DNA of 64,000 nucleotides from Planctomycetota bacterium (GCA_044222185.1 JBGANV010000001.1:384001-448000); one strand, 5' to 3'. Numbered from the stretch's first letter, positions 1-10,090 are shown. Translations and numbers: made by a program. Notes: a model not told the origin generated them from the sequence alone.

Positions 1-181
1 CAGACCGCCCCGTGCGGTGCCGTTCCATCGCCCGCGCGCATCTGCAGGCGGGCGCCGCGGTGGGAGCGCCGCTCGGGCTCCACAACCCTTCGGGCCTGTC
101 GGTGTCGCCGGCCCACCCTCTTGGGTTTCGTGCGGGGATGGGGAGGATGCCTGCCATGCGCCAACGCGGGGGACCATCCTT

Positions 182-475
182 ATGACGTTCCATCCTGGAC
201 ACGATGCCTGGCACGGCTTCACGGTGGCGGTGTTCACGAGCGACGGTCGCCTCGTCGTGGGTCGGTGGGATGCGGAGGAGAACGGCGTCGTTCGACTGCT
301 CGACGCCTCCGAGCACCAGGATTCACCTGCGGCATCGCCGACACGGCAGGAGTTCCTGAACGGACTCATGACCGTCGGCCCCAAGCCCACGCACCGCATG
401 CTCACCGTGCGGCGCAAGGACGTCGTCATCGTGCAGCAACTCGGTGAGTTCATCCGCGCGATGCGAGAGCCATAG
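182..475 (+). CDS. Small hypothetical protein (beta-rich, possibly Sm-like fold)
   Basis: ATG at 182 within ORF 17..475 gives MTFHPGHDAWHGFTVAVF...; the upstream extension is low-complexity; no function recognised. Confidence 0.65.
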   Translation: MTFHPGHDAWHGFTVAVFTSDGRLVVGRWDAEENGVVRLLDASEHQDSPAASPTRQEFLNGLMTVGPKPTHRMLTVRRKDVVIVQQLGEFIRAMREP

Positions 476-484
476 CTCACTCGG

Positions 485-1339
485 TCAGCGAGGCTCCTGC
501 AAGAGCAGGGGCGGCGCCGAGAGAGTGCTCGCGAGCGCGGCGAGTTCGGTTTCGGCCTGAAGGTCGCGCCCGCCGTCCCGCACGGCGCGGATCAGCCGGT
601 TCTTTGCCGTGTGCTCGAGCGGAACGAACTCGATCGTCTCCGTCCGGTAGCCCTTCGTTCGCAGCCAGAGGCTTCGGATGACGTCGGTGAACGTCGCCGA
701 GAAATCCACGGCCACCACACCGTCGCGCAGGAACGGTGCGAACGTTGCGCCCGGATCCAGGAGCCCTCGCAACTCGCGTTGGCAGCAGGGGACGACCTGT
801 ATGTCGGAGATCGCATGGATCACGGCGCGTTTCAGGACCTCATCCGTCGCCGTGTCGCACCCGTGGAGTGAGAGCATCAGGTCGACCACGGGGGGCAGCG
901 CCGCCGTGGCTATCGAACCGCAGAAGAACGTCGTTCCGGTCATACCGAGCGCCTTGGCTCGCCGTCGGCATGCGTCGACGCGCTCTGCGTCGCGGTCGAT
1001 GCCATGAAGCAGCGCCTGGGTCCCGAGCTCGGCCGTGACCGTGTGATGAAGCAGGAACCCCAGGTAGGAGTTCCCGCAGTTCGCGTCGACGATGCTGACG
1101 CTACCGCGGCTCTTCGCAATTCGCTCGAGGGTCGGTCGAAACAACCCGATCAGGTGGACGACCTGGTTGAGCTTCCGCCGCATGTCCGCGGAGACCGAAC
1201 CGTCCGCGTTGACGATGTGGAGGGCGTGGAGGAGCGGGCGGGCGCGATCGAGATCGAACGCGCGCGTGGCGGCAGATGCCGGCAGGGGAGGACTCTCCGC
1301 GGAGTCGCCCCGAGTGCGCGGAGTGCGGCGGGAATTCAC
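485..1339 (-). CDS. Class I SAM-dependent methyltransferase (Methyltransf_32-like)
   Basis: Motifs IVDANCGNSYL, SLHGCDTATD, VPCCQ, EFVPLEHTAKN. Confidence 0.85.
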   Translation of the reverse strand: MNSRRTPRTRGDSAESPPLPASAATRAFDLDRARPLLHALHIVNADGSVSADMRRKLNQVVHLIGLFRPTLERIAKSRGSVSIVDANCGNSYLGFLLHHTVTAELGTQALLHGIDRDAERVDACRRRAKALGMTGTTFFCGSIATAALPPVVDLMLSLHGCDTATDEVLKRAVIHAISDIQVVPCCQRELRGLLDPGATFAPFLRDGVVAVDFSATFTDVIRSLWLRTKGYRTETIEFVPLEHTAKNRLIRAVRDGGRDLQAETELAALASTLSAPPLLLQEPR

Positions 1340-1361
1340 GTCCGCACCTGCGGGCCGGGCC

Positions 1362-1637
1362 TCAGCTCGGCTTCTTCTTCATCGCGGCAACGCGCTTTGC
1401 GAGGCGCGACTTGAGACGGGCCGCGGCATTCGGGTGGAGGATGCGGCTCTTTGCCGCCTTGTCCAGCTTCTGCTGCGTCACCTGCAGGTCGGCAGCGAGG
1501 GTCGTCGTGTTGCCGGCCGCGACGGCTGTGCGGACCTTCTTCAGGTGCGTCTTCATCGCCGCACGGTTGGCGCGGTTGGCCTCGCGGATCCGCTCGTTCT
1601 GTCGCGCACGCTTCAGGGCTTGCTTGCTGTGAGCCAT
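1362..1637 (-). CDS. rpsT: 30S ribosomal protein S20
   Basis: MAHSKQALKRARQNE...LDKAAKSRILHPNAAARLKSRL. Confidence 0.97.
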   Translation of the reverse strand: MAHSKQALKRARQNERIREANRANRAAMKTHLKKVRTAVAAGNTTTLAADLQVTQQKLDKAAKSRILHPNAAARLKSRLAKRVAAMKKKPS

Positions 1638-1712
1638 GGTTCTCGTTCGTTCGGTATCAGTTCCTGCGTTCTCAGGTCGCGGATGCCCCCGCCTCTCGGG
1701 GGTCCCGTCCGT

Positions 1713-3062
1713 TCAACGCGCCTTCAGGGCGTCGATCTTCTTTCCGACGTCCTTGAACGAAATGTCGTTCTCGAAGATGCGCTTGTAAGTGTCGAGGGCC
1801 TTCTCCTTCTCGCCTTGCCGCTCGTACACGAGCGCCAGATCGTAGAGAAGCTCCTTCTTCTGATCGGTCATGCTCGGGAGCGAGTCGATCGCTTCGAGCA
1901 ACTGCTTGGCGGCCAGGTCCAGGATTCCCTTCTGGGAGAACGCCCGGCCCAGCATGTGCAGCGATGGCAGCTTGTGGCGTGGATCCTTCACGGAGAACTG
2001 CAGCTGCTCGATGGCCGCGTCGACCTCACTGTCCTTCAGCAGCGCTCGCCCCAGCTTGAAGCGAAGCGCCATGTCGGTCGGGTGGGCCTCGACGCGACGG
2101 CGGTACTCGTCCACCTGCAGCGTGAGCAGCTCGGTCTCGAGGCGTTTCGCGCGTTCGCTGGCTCCCGCTTCGTTCGACTTGCGGGCCTCCTCCAGGCGGG
2201 CTTCTGCCCGTGCGAGCCGGACGTCCCCGAGCAGGTCGGCGATCTCGGTCGATCCCGGGATTCGCTTGGACGCGGTGACGAGGCAATCGGCTGCCGCGTC
2301 GTAGTTGCGGCGCTGGATGTGGAGCTTTGCGAGCCGGATCACGAGCGCAGCGTCGTCAGGGTTCTTCTCGAGCTGGTCGGTCGCGTCCTTGACCATGGTC
2401 TCGAGGTCATCGGCTGACTTGACGATGCGCTGGTCGCGCTCGTCCGTTGCGAGGTCCGACTGGCTCTTCGCGAGGTCACGCGCCGACTTTGCGCCCTGGA
2501 ACCCGCCGGCCTGGATCGCCCCTTCGGCGGCCAGGTTCTTGCGCATCTTGCTCGCTTCCTGGTCGCGAGGGTTGATCTTCAGGACGCGCTCGTAGCACTT
2601 CAGGGCTTCCTCGTGCTGCTTGGAGTCGTAGTAGAGCTGGCCAAGGATCTTGAGCGACTCGACGTCCTGTGGGTCGATCTCGGTCACGACCTGGAACGCC
2701 GCCTCGGCGCTCTTCCGATGCCCGAGTCCGAGGAGCGCGTGCCCGAGGCGGAGGTTGTACTTCAGGTTGCGCGGGTCGTTCCGAAGCGCCGCCTCGCAGA
2801 AATTCGCGACGCCCGATTTCGACCGGAACAACCCTGCGAAGAGACTGCCCAGGCCCGGTCCGATGTTCTTCACGCCGCGGACGAGCCCGCTCGGATACGA
2901 CTTCTCGTATTTCTTCAGGGATGCTCGGCGGATCCCGCGCCGGGCTTCGCCGGCATCGGGGTCCAGGCGGAGGATCTCCGAGAACAGGGCGATGGCGCCA
3001 TCGTAGTTCTTGCGTTTGACTTCGGCCTCGGCGCGCTCGAGGTATTTGGTTACGTCGACCAA
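1713..3062 (-). CDS. Tetratricopeptide-repeat protein
   Basis: Many TPR helix pairs (e.g. LGQLYYDSKQHEEALKCYERVLKINP); TTG start; upstream of rpsT on the same strand. Confidence 0.9.
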   Translation of the reverse strand: MVDVTKYLERAEAEVKRKNYDGAIALFSEILRLDPDAGEARRGIRRASLKKYEKSYPSGLVRGVKNIGPGLGSLFAGLFRSKSGVANFCEAALRNDPRNLKYNLRLGHALLGLGHRKSAEAAFQVVTEIDPQDVESLKILGQLYYDSKQHEEALKCYERVLKINPRDQEASKMRKNLAAEGAIQAGGFQGAKSARDLAKSQSDLATDERDQRIVKSADDLETMVKDATDQLEKNPDDAALVIRLAKLHIQRRNYDAAADCLVTASKRIPGSTEIADLLGDVRLARAEARLEEARKSNEAGASERAKRLETELLTLQVDEYRRRVEAHPTDMALRFKLGRALLKDSEVDAAIEQLQFSVKDPRHKLPSLHMLGRAFSQKGILDLAAKQLLEAIDSLPSMTDQKKELLYDLALVYERQGEKEKALDTYKRIFENDISFKDVGKKIDALKAR

Positions 3063-3126
3063 GTGTTCACTTCGGGGTCATCGCCCCAGCGCTCATGGAT
3101 GCTTGCTGTGGGTGAAAAGAGGCGAA

Positions 3127-3155
3127 AACATACCAGCCGTCGGATGGCACGTCAA
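3127..3155 (-). promoter_or_regulatory. Sigma70-type promoter for the TPR-rpsT-methyltransferase unit
   Basis: Minus strand TTGACG-N17-TATGTT with an extended TG. Confidence 0.65.
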
Positions 3156-3227
3156 CGCGCGGGCTGCGCGCCGGGCGGCGTCCGCAACGGTGCGTTCCTT
3201 CGCCCCATCGACCACGCGGAGCGTGAT

Positions 3228-3752
3228 GTGCACGTCGTCTACTACCCCGATCCGGTGCTTCTGAAGAAAGCCCTTCCGATCCAGACCGTCGATGACGAGG
3301 TCCGGCGGAAGGTCGCCGAAATGAAGCCGCTGATGCAGATCGAGCGCGGGATCGGTCTCGCTGCACCTCAGGTCGGCTGGGGGGCACGACTGATCCTCGT
3401 GAACCCCACGGAGAAGCCCGAAGGCACGTTCGTGCTCATCAATCCGGAGATCACGAAGAAGGCCGGGAGCGAGTGGGGCGAGGAGGGATGTCTCTCGTTC
3501 CCCGGGATCTGGGGCGACGTGCTGCGGGCGAAGAAGGTCTGGGTCAAGGCGCTCGACGTCGACGGCAAGCCCTTGGAGTTGATGGCCGAGGATCTCTTCG
3601 CACGTGTCCTCCAGCATGAGATCGACCATCTGGACGGCATCTTGTTCGTGAACAAGATGCGCCCCGCGGATCAGGCGGTGAACAAGCGCAAGCTGGAGGA
3701 TCTCCGGCGGCGCTTCGAGGAGGCGCGCATCCTGGGTACGCCTGACCCGTGA
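3228..3752 (+). CDS. def: Peptide deformylase
   Basis: GIGLAAPQVG, EGCLS, QHEIDHLDG motifs; GTG at 3228 after GGAG; the 5' part of ORF 2613.. is antisense to the TPR gene. Confidence 0.95.
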   Translation: MHVVYYPDPVLLKKALPIQTVDDEVRRKVAEMKPLMQIERGIGLAAPQVGWGARLILVNPTEKPEGTFVLINPEITKKAGSEWGEEGCLSFPGIWGDVLRAKKVWVKALDVDGKPLELMAEDLFARVLQHEIDHLDGILFVNKMRPADQAVNKRKLEDLRRRFEEARILGTPDP

Positions 3753-4720
3753 TGCTTCGCCTGAACTCCATCGATGTCGCGAAGAAGGCGGCGCTCGTCC
3801 GCGCGGTCGTGACCTTGGGCGTGTTCGACGGCGTGCACGTGGGACACCGCTACGTCATCGATCAGGTGATCCGCCTCGCACGCGAGCGTCGCGGCACTGC
3901 CGTCGTCGTGACGTTCGCGGAACATCCCAAGGCGATCATCGACAACCGGCGCCCGCAGCTCATCACCTCGCTGCCGCATCGCATCCGGCTGTTCGAGCAA
4001 CTCGGAGTCGATGCGACGCTCGTCCTCCCGTTCGATGCCAAGCTGCGCGCTACTGAAGCGGACGACTTCGCCCGAGAGGTCTTCCACGATGCACTCCACG
4101 CGGAAGTCGTGCTCCTGGGTTTCAACGGGAGGTTTGGGAAGGGCGGTTCGGGTGATTTCGACGCGTTGAAGCGACTGGGCGCGTCGTTGGGTTTCGATGC
4201 ACGCCAGGCCGACGCGATCACGCTCGGGGGCGATCGGGTCTCGTCGACGGAGATCCGCCGCGCGATCCTCGGGGGTGATCTGGACCGGGCTGCCCGCATG
4301 CTCGGGCGGCCGGTGTCGATCCTCGGCACCGTGATCGCCGGCGACGGGCGCGGCAGGACGCTCGGCTGGCCGACCGCCAACCTGGATCTTCACCACGAGG
4401 TGCGCCCGCCACGTGGCGTCTACGGATGCGAGGTCGACTTCGACGGCAGGCGGATCATGGCGCTCTGCAACGTCGGCGTTCGACCGACGTTCGTCGCCTC
4501 CGAGCGCGCCGCTCCGGATCCGCTCGCATGGGAAGTCCGCGATTCGATGGAGCAGATCGAAGTGCACCTTCTGAACTTCAAGGGCGACCTCTACGGCCAC
4601 GACTTGGAGGTGTTCTTCCTCACGCGCCTGCGCGACGAGAAGAAGTTCTCGGGCAAGGACGAACTCGTCCGCCAGCTCGAGGAGGATCGTCGAACGTTCG
4701 AACGTTCACTCGGGCGTTGA
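3749..4720 (+). CDS. ribF: Bifunctional riboflavin kinase / FAD synthetase
   Basis: LGVFDGVHVGH, VSSTEIR, GRTLGWPTAN, NVGVRPTF, EVHLL, LRDEKKF; overlaps def stop (GTGA). Confidence 0.96.
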   Translation: MMLRLNSIDVAKKAALVRAVVTLGVFDGVHVGHRYVIDQVIRLARERRGTAVVVTFAEHPKAIIDNRRPQLITSLPHRIRLFEQLGVDATLVLPFDAKLRATEADDFAREVFHDALHAEVVLLGFNGRFGKGGSGDFDALKRLGASLGFDARQADAITLGGDRVSSTEIRRAILGGDLDRAARMLGRPVSILGTVIAGDGRGRTLGWPTANLDLHHEVRPPRGVYGCEVDFDGRRIMALCNVGVRPTFVASERAAPDPLAWEVRDSMEQIEVHLLNFKGDLYGHDLEVFFLTRLRDEKKFSGKDELVRQLEEDRRTFERSLGR

Positions 4721-4745
4721 CGCTCCGGAACCTCGCACGTATGAT
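4717..4745 (+). promoter_or_regulatory. Sigma70 promoter of tRNA-Phe
   Basis: TTGACG (4717-4722)-N17-TATGAT (4740-4745), just upstream of the tRNA. Confidence 0.8.
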
Positions 4746-4760
4746 CCCGCCCGCTCGTTC

Positions 4761-4833
4761 GGGAAGGTAGCTCAGTTGGTAGAGCACAGCACTGAAAATG
4801 CTGGGGTCACCAGTTCAACCCTGGTCCTTCCCA
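4761..4833 (+). tRNA. tRNA-Phe (GAA), CCA not encoded
   Basis: Acceptor GGGAAGG/CCTTCCC+A, D arm GCTCAGTTGGTAGAGC, anticodon arm CAGCA-CTGAAAA-TGCTG, T arm ACCAG-TTCAACC-CTGGT. Confidence 0.96.
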
Positions 4834-4968
4834 CTTTGCCCGCGCTCCAACGACCGGAGCGCCGGGCGCCGCCCGGCCAGACGGCGGGGCCCCGCCCCGC
4901 CTGAAGTTCGCCGGCCGCATCGCTCGCGCGCGAGGGTGTCGCTCCCGACACCCCAAGACGCCCTCCGC

Positions 4969-6885
4969 TCAGTGCCCCAACACGTCGCGGACCCACCCCG
5001 CCTCGCACGCTCGCGACGCGAACGTCACGCAATCGGCATCGGCCGCGGTCTTCAGCTCGTCCCATGCCGTCGATCCTATCGGAGGCACCTCTCCGACGAT
5101 GCGCGCCCCCGGGCGAGTCTGTCCCAACTCTGCCGCCATCGCCGACGCCGCATCGAAGCTCATCTCGCGGAACGTCGGCACGAGGTCCATCAGCTCGAGG
5201 CCCCAGTCTCTCGGGACCTTCACAGCGCTCTCGAGCACGACCGCGATCCGGCGGAGCCCGTCTTCTCCCCGCAGCGCGAGCGCTCGCGTCAGGTAGGAGC
5301 CCGGCCCCGCACGGAGCGCCTCGCGGACCCAGTCCACGACGTCGAGGGGGAAGGGTGACGTGGGCGAGAGCACGACGTCGAGCTTGCAATGTGGATCGAC
5401 GGCGAGCCGCGCCTCGATCGCTCGGCGGATTGCGCCGATGTTGCGGTGCAGTTCCCGGCCGTGCAACCACAGTGCGGAGTGCTGGGAACCCGGGCGACCG
5501 GCCACACGCCAGTCCGCATCGTCGAGACGATCGAGGTCGAGTCGGAAAACGTCCGGTGGGTCGAGCGCCGGGTCCGCCTCCGAAAGGTGCGGTCGCGGCA
5601 TCTCGTCGAGCCGGCGTTCGAGGCGGTCCTCCGCCTCGAAGAGCGACGATCGCAGCGCGCATTCGTCCATCGTCGCCGTCCGGAGGATGCGGTACGGCGG
5701 TGCAGGATCGAAGATGAGTCCTTCGCGCGCAGCGTCGGTCCGCATGGCCGTGCCCGGAAGAACGGCGAGCGGAAAGACCTGGGCTTCGTCCCCGAGACCG
5801 TGCTTGACGAGGAAGTCGATTCCCCGTGAGACGTCGTCGGGCCCGTCTCCCGGGAGGCCGATGATGAGGTCGACGAGGAGGCGGACGCCGCTCTCGTGCA
5901 ACATCTTCGCCGCGGCAGCAACCTTCGCGGCACTGCCGCCCCGTTTCGTTCGCGCGAGCGTCTCCTGGTTGACGGACTGCAGCCCGATCTCGAGCTTCGT
6001 GAAGTTGGCGCGCGCGAGCTTTCCCGCCTGCTCTGGTGTGAGGCCCTCGGCCCGGATCTCGGCGAAGAAACTCATCGATCGGGCGGCGTTGACGTCGATG
6101 ATGAGGTCCAGCAATTCGTCGAACCCGGGTCGATGGTTGAACGTCGGATCGAGGAACACGACTTCGCGTGCGCCGCCGTCACGCAGGGTTCGGAGCAGAT
6201 CGCCGCAACGGGGGAGGTCCAGCACGCGCAGGACGTTGCTACTCCGCGGGTAGAAGCAGAACGTGCAGTGCGAACGACAACCCCGCACGGTCTCGATGTA
6301 GATCGCCCGGTGCGGATCGATGGGGAGGGCCCCGGCAACGTACGGCGACGGATAGGTGGAGATTGGGAATGCGGCCGTGGGTGCCGGACCGAACGGAGAC
6401 GAGACTCCGTTGGATCGCACGGCAACGCCCGCATGCCCGGTGACGTCGCGTCCCGCGATCAACTCGCGCATGACGGAGACGAACGTGTCCTCCGCCTCAC
6501 CGGTGACGGCCACGTCCCAGCCGTCCTGTGCGAGGACGAATGGGTTGTCGGCGCCCACTTCCGGGCCGCCGACGAGGATTCTCGTGCGCGGCGATCGGCG
6601 ACGGATCTCGCGCGCGAGGTGCAGGCTGCGTTCGGTGTTCCAGAGGTAGAGCGAGAGGCCGACGAACTCGGGCTCGCCGCGGGCGACGACCTCGGCGAGG
6701 CTCGCGTCCCCGTGGCGGTCGGTGAGCTCGGGCGAAACGACGTCGATGTCGAGCTGCGAATCCAGGCCGTGAACGCGCGCGGCCACGCCGAGCGCGCCAG
6801 CGGCGAGTGGCACGTTGCCGGTTGCCGACAGAGCCGCGGGCTGCGGTACGGGAAGTTGGACGAGCCTGATGGTGGGGCGCGACAC
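4969..6885 (-). CDS. Cobalamin-binding radical SAM protein
   Basis: N-terminal B12-binding region (VGLSLYLWN, ILVGGPEV), CxxxCxxC (CRSHCTFC), EIGLQS, DLIIGLPGD; unknown C-terminal ~200 aa. Confidence 0.9.
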   Translation of the reverse strand: MSRPTIRLVQLPVPQPAALSATGNVPLAAGALGVAARVHGLDSQLDIDVVSPELTDRHGDASLAEVVARGEPEFVGLSLYLWNTERSLHLAREIRRRSPRTRILVGGPEVGADNPFVLAQDGWDVAVTGEAEDTFVSVMRELIAGRDVTGHAGVAVRSNGVSSPFGPAPTAAFPISTYPSPYVAGALPIDPHRAIYIETVRGCRSHCTFCFYPRSSNVLRVLDLPRCGDLLRTLRDGGAREVVFLDPTFNHRPGFDELLDLIIDVNAARSMSFFAEIRAEGLTPEQAGKLARANFTKLEIGLQSVNQETLARTKRGGSAAKVAAAAKMLHESGVRLLVDLIIGLPGDGPDDVSRGIDFLVKHGLGDEAQVFPLAVLPGTAMRTDAAREGLIFDPAPPYRILRTATMDECALRSSLFEAEDRLERRLDEMPRPHLSEADPALDPPDVFRLDLDRLDDADWRVAGRPGSQHSALWLHGRELHRNIGAIRRAIEARLAVDPHCKLDVVLSPTSPFPLDVVDWVREALRAGPGSYLTRALALRGEDGLRRIAVVLESAVKVPRDWGLELMDLVPTFREMSFDAASAMAAELGQTRPGARIVGEVPPIGSTAWDELKTAADADCVTFASRACEAGWVRDVLGH

Positions 6886-6926
6886 GCCGCGGATTCTACG
6901 CGGCGGCGACCGGGGTCCAGTCCGTC

Positions 6927-7766
6927 TCAGCGGGGCATCACGTCGCCGGGCAGCATCACGCGGAGCCGGACTTCGGGCGCGCGGTAGAGCGGACGCGTGT
7001 CGACGGGGCGCGACTCGGGCTTCGTGACGACGTCGACGAGCACGGCCTGGCTCAGGCCCATGATTTCGATCCGGTCAGGGAAGATCACGGCGGCCGTCTT
7101 CTCGTCGAGTCCGAGCCCGCGTTCGCCGGGATGATCGAGTACGACCGTGATCAGTCGCTGCAGTCGCGACCGCGCGAGGAAGTGCTGGTCGAGGATGAAC
7201 GGTCCCGAGATTCCCAGTCCCTCGGACGTCGGAACGACTCCGGGCGTGAGCGGTTGGTCCGGCTTGCCGCCCTCGATCATCGTCGCCGAGAGGATGGCAC
7301 ACCCGGCTGACGATCCACCAACCACCGCGCCTACCCGGTGGCGCTCGCGGATCACGCCAAGCGCCTTGGTCCCCGCGAGGAGCTTCATGCCGATCGTCTG
7401 ATCGCCGCCCGAGATGTAGAGGCCGCGCGCGGCGCGAAGGGCGTCCAACGACGAATCCGTGTCGACCGTCTCGCGACTGGGCGCCCAGATGCCGAGGTTC
7501 TTCGCGCCGTTGTCACGGAACACTCCGACCATGCCCTCGCCGGGATGTTCACGCGACGTGTTGATGGCCAGGACGAGGATTCGCGCGTCGGCACCGCCCG
7601 ACAGATCGACGAACTTCTTGACGATCGCCGGCACGTCCTTGCCGCCGCCGATGGCGACGACAGGACCAGGGACTGTCGTCGGACGCGACTCCTGCGCGCG
7701 TGCAATCGCGAGGACGAGCGCGGCCGCGACGACTGCGACCGCTGCACGGCGCGGCGCCGAAATCAC
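6927..7766 (-). CDS. Secreted cyanophycinase-like peptidase (family S51)
   Basis: AIGGG, ISGGDQ, GGSSAG (Ser), DQHF (His), GLDE (Glu); GTG at 7766 overlaps the OPT stop and gives a signal peptide ending ARA-Q. Confidence 0.85.
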   Translation of the reverse strand: MISAPRRAAVAVVAAALVLAIARAQESRPTTVPGPVVAIGGGKDVPAIVKKFVDLSGGADARILVLAINTSREHPGEGMVGVFRDNGAKNLGIWAPSRETVDTDSSLDALRAARGLYISGGDQTIGMKLLAGTKALGVIRERHRVGAVVGGSSAGCAILSATMIEGGKPDQPLTPGVVPTSEGLGISGPFILDQHFLARSRLQRLITVVLDHPGERGLGLDEKTAAVIFPDRIEIMGLSQAVLVDVVTKPESRPVDTRPLYRAPEVRLRVMLPGDVMPR

Positions 7767-10090
7767 GCCGCCGACGCCGATTTGCGGGCCGTGAGACCGA
7801 CCACGAAGAGAACGGCACCCATGGCAAGGAACGGGAAGCAGGGGAGCCACCAGCTGTCGGCCATGTCACGGAAGATGTAGGGGCCGATGCTACCCAGCGT
7901 CCCCGCGAGCTTTTCGTTTGCTCCAGTGATGATCGCCTCGGCCAGCCCGGCGATCGATCCGCCGGCGATGAGTCCCGACGCGAAGAGCGTCCCCGGGGAG
8001 AACTCGGCGTCCATCCCCGAGACCTTCGTCTTGCGGTCGACGAGCCACCGGATGCAGCCGCCGATGAAGATCGGCGTCGACGTCGAGATCGGCAGGTACA
8101 CGCCGACCGCGAACGGCAACGCCGAGACGCCGACGAGCTCGAGCATCAGGGCGATGAAGACGCCGATGAGCACCAGCGTCCAGGGCAATTCACCGCCGAT
8201 GATCCCGTCTATGATCAGCGCGAAGAGGTGCGCCTTCGGAGCATCGTACTTGTCGACCTGTTGAGCCGCATACACCACCGTCTTCTTGGTGTCGTCGAGG
8301 AGCCACGATTGGCTGCTCAGTTTGGCCACGCGGTAGGTCGTCCCGTCGACCTCGAACTTCTCCGCCTCCGCCGAGGAGGCCTCGAACTGCGCGTACGCCG
8401 GAGCCGATGCTCCCGCGGGCGTGGCCTTGTACTTCTCGACGCCGCATACGCCCGGGTCGATGACGTAGGCGATCTTGCCCGCATCCGTCACGAGGTACTT
8501 GCCGCGCGGGACGTTGTCTTTCTCCTCGGCGCGGTAGTAGACGCGGTAAGTCTTGCCGTCGTGCTCCATCGTCGCGGTGTCCTTCAGCTCCTCCGCCGGG
8601 ACGGTGATCGCGGCGAACTTGGCGGCCTTGGGCGCGATCGTCTGCTTGGACTGGTTGAGGTAGAGAAGCGTGAACCCGATCGCGATGGCGCTGGTGATGA
8701 CGCCGACGAGGATTGCGATCTGCTGCTTCGACGGGGTGCCGCCGACCAGGAACCCGGTCTTCAGGTCCTGGCTGATCGTCCCACCGTTGCTCGCGGCGAC
8801 GCACACCAGAGCTGCGGTCGTGAGCGCCATGGCCTTGTAGCCCACGCCGACCCAGCCCATGAGGACGAAGAGGAGGCATGTCAGGAGCAGCGTCGCGACC
8901 GTCATGCCGGAGATGGGGTTCGACGAGGATCCGATCTCGCCCGTGATGCGGCTCGACACCGTGACGAAGAAGAAGCCGAACAGCACGATCAGGATCGCCG
9001 ACAGGATGTTGATGTGGAGGATCGGAGCCGCGGCGATGGCAACCACCAGCGCCAGGCTGCCGAAGATCACGACCGACATGGGAAGGTCGCGCTCCGTGCG
9101 CTTGGGCGCTGCGTTGGAGCCCTTGCCGAGGTTCCCGAGCCCACGTTGGAAGGCCTGCCAGATCGTCGGCAGGGATCGCGCGAGCGAGATGAACCCACCC
9201 GTCGCGACGGCGCCCGCGCCGATGTACAGGAGGTAGTTGTTGCGGATCGCCCAGGGTGACATGTCCTTCACGAGCTGGGTGACGCCGGGTCCGAGCGGCG
9301 TCGTGAGCGCCGAACCGAAGTGATTGATGAGCGGAACGAGGATGAGGAACGAAAGGACGCCGCCCGCCATCATCACCGCGGAGGTCTGGTATCCGATGAT
9401 GTAGCCGACCCCGAGCATGGGCGCCGTCAGCTCACCGGCCATGGCTCCCTTCGTGAGCGTCTTGCCGGAGACGACGTACGCGGGTTCGTCCCGCCAGAAC
9501 TTGAAGATCTTCGTCAGGATCATGTGCAGGAACCCGACGCCGAAGCCTTGGAACACCGTCTTCGCGTTCGTGCCGCCCTGCTCGCCGACGATGAGCACCT
9601 GCGCGCACGCCGTGCCTTCGGGGTAGACGAGCTTGCCGTGCTCCTTCACGATGAGTCCGTGACGGAGCGGGATCATCATGAGCACGCCGAGCACGCCGCC
9701 GAGGAGCGCGACGAGGAGGATGCGCCCGAGCTCCATGTCGAAGCCCATCAAGAGAAGTGACGGCAGCGTGAATGCGACGCCCGCGGCGATGGATTCACCG
9801 GCCGACCCCGTCGTCTGCACGATGTTGTTGACGAGGACTCGCGGCTCGTTCGACTTGCTGAAGTGCCGAAGGATCGTGATCGAGAGCACGGCGATCGGAA
9901 TCGATGCCGAGACCGTGAGTCCGACCTTGAGCCCGAGGTACACGGATGACGCCGCGAAGATGACGCCGAGGATCGATCCGAGGATCAGCCCCGGCGCCGT
10001 CATCTCGGGGATGTTTCGTTCATCCGAGATGTAGGGTTTGTGTTCCGTGGCCGTAGATGCTGCGGAGGGTGCCGGTGCGCTGTGCGACAT
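7763..10090 (-). CDS. OPT-family oligopeptide transporter
   Basis: YLGLKVGLTVSASIP, NNIVQTTGSAGES, YPEGTACA, SSNPISGMT, QDLKTGFLVGGTP, LPFAVGVYLP. Confidence 0.95.
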   Translation of the reverse strand: MSHSAPAPSAASTATEHKPYISDERNIPEMTAPGLILGSILGVIFAASSVYLGLKVGLTVSASIPIAVLSITILRHFSKSNEPRVLVNNIVQTTGSAGESIAAGVAFTLPSLLLMGFDMELGRILLVALLGGVLGVLMMIPLRHGLIVKEHGKLVYPEGTACAQVLIVGEQGGTNAKTVFQGFGVGFLHMILTKIFKFWRDEPAYVVSGKTLTKGAMAGELTAPMLGVGYIIGYQTSAVMMAGGVLSFLILVPLINHFGSALTTPLGPGVTQLVKDMSPWAIRNNYLLYIGAGAVATGGFISLARSLPTIWQAFQRGLGNLGKGSNAAPKRTERDLPMSVVIFGSLALVVAIAAAPILHINILSAILIVLFGFFFVTVSSRITGEIGSSSNPISGMTVATLLLTCLLFVLMGWVGVGYKAMALTTAALVCVAASNGGTISQDLKTGFLVGGTPSKQQIAILVGVITSAIAIGFTLLYLNQSKQTIAPKAAKFAAITVPAEELKDTATMEHDGKTYRVYYRAEEKDNVPRGKYLVTDAGKIAYVIDPGVCGVEKYKATPAGASAPAYAQFEASSAEAEKFEVDGTTYRVAKLSSQSWLLDDTKKTVVYAAQQVDKYDAPKAHLFALIIDGIIGGELPWTLVLIGVFIALMLELVGVSALPFAVGVYLPISTSTPIFIGGCIRWLVDRKTKVSGMDAEFSPGTLFASGLIAGGSIAGLAEAIITGANEKLAGTLGSIGPYIFRDMADSWWLPCFPFLAMGAVLFVVGLTARKSASAA

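Noticed and set aside
2613-3227. Long N-terminal extension of peptide deformylase
   Set aside because: It overlaps the TPR gene and its promoter on the opposite strand; the GTG at 3228 has an SD and gives a normal-length Def
4761-4968. tRNA-Phe as an integration site for a genomic island
   Set aside because: No integrase, no duplicated tRNA 3' end noticed, and no obvious compositional shift downstream
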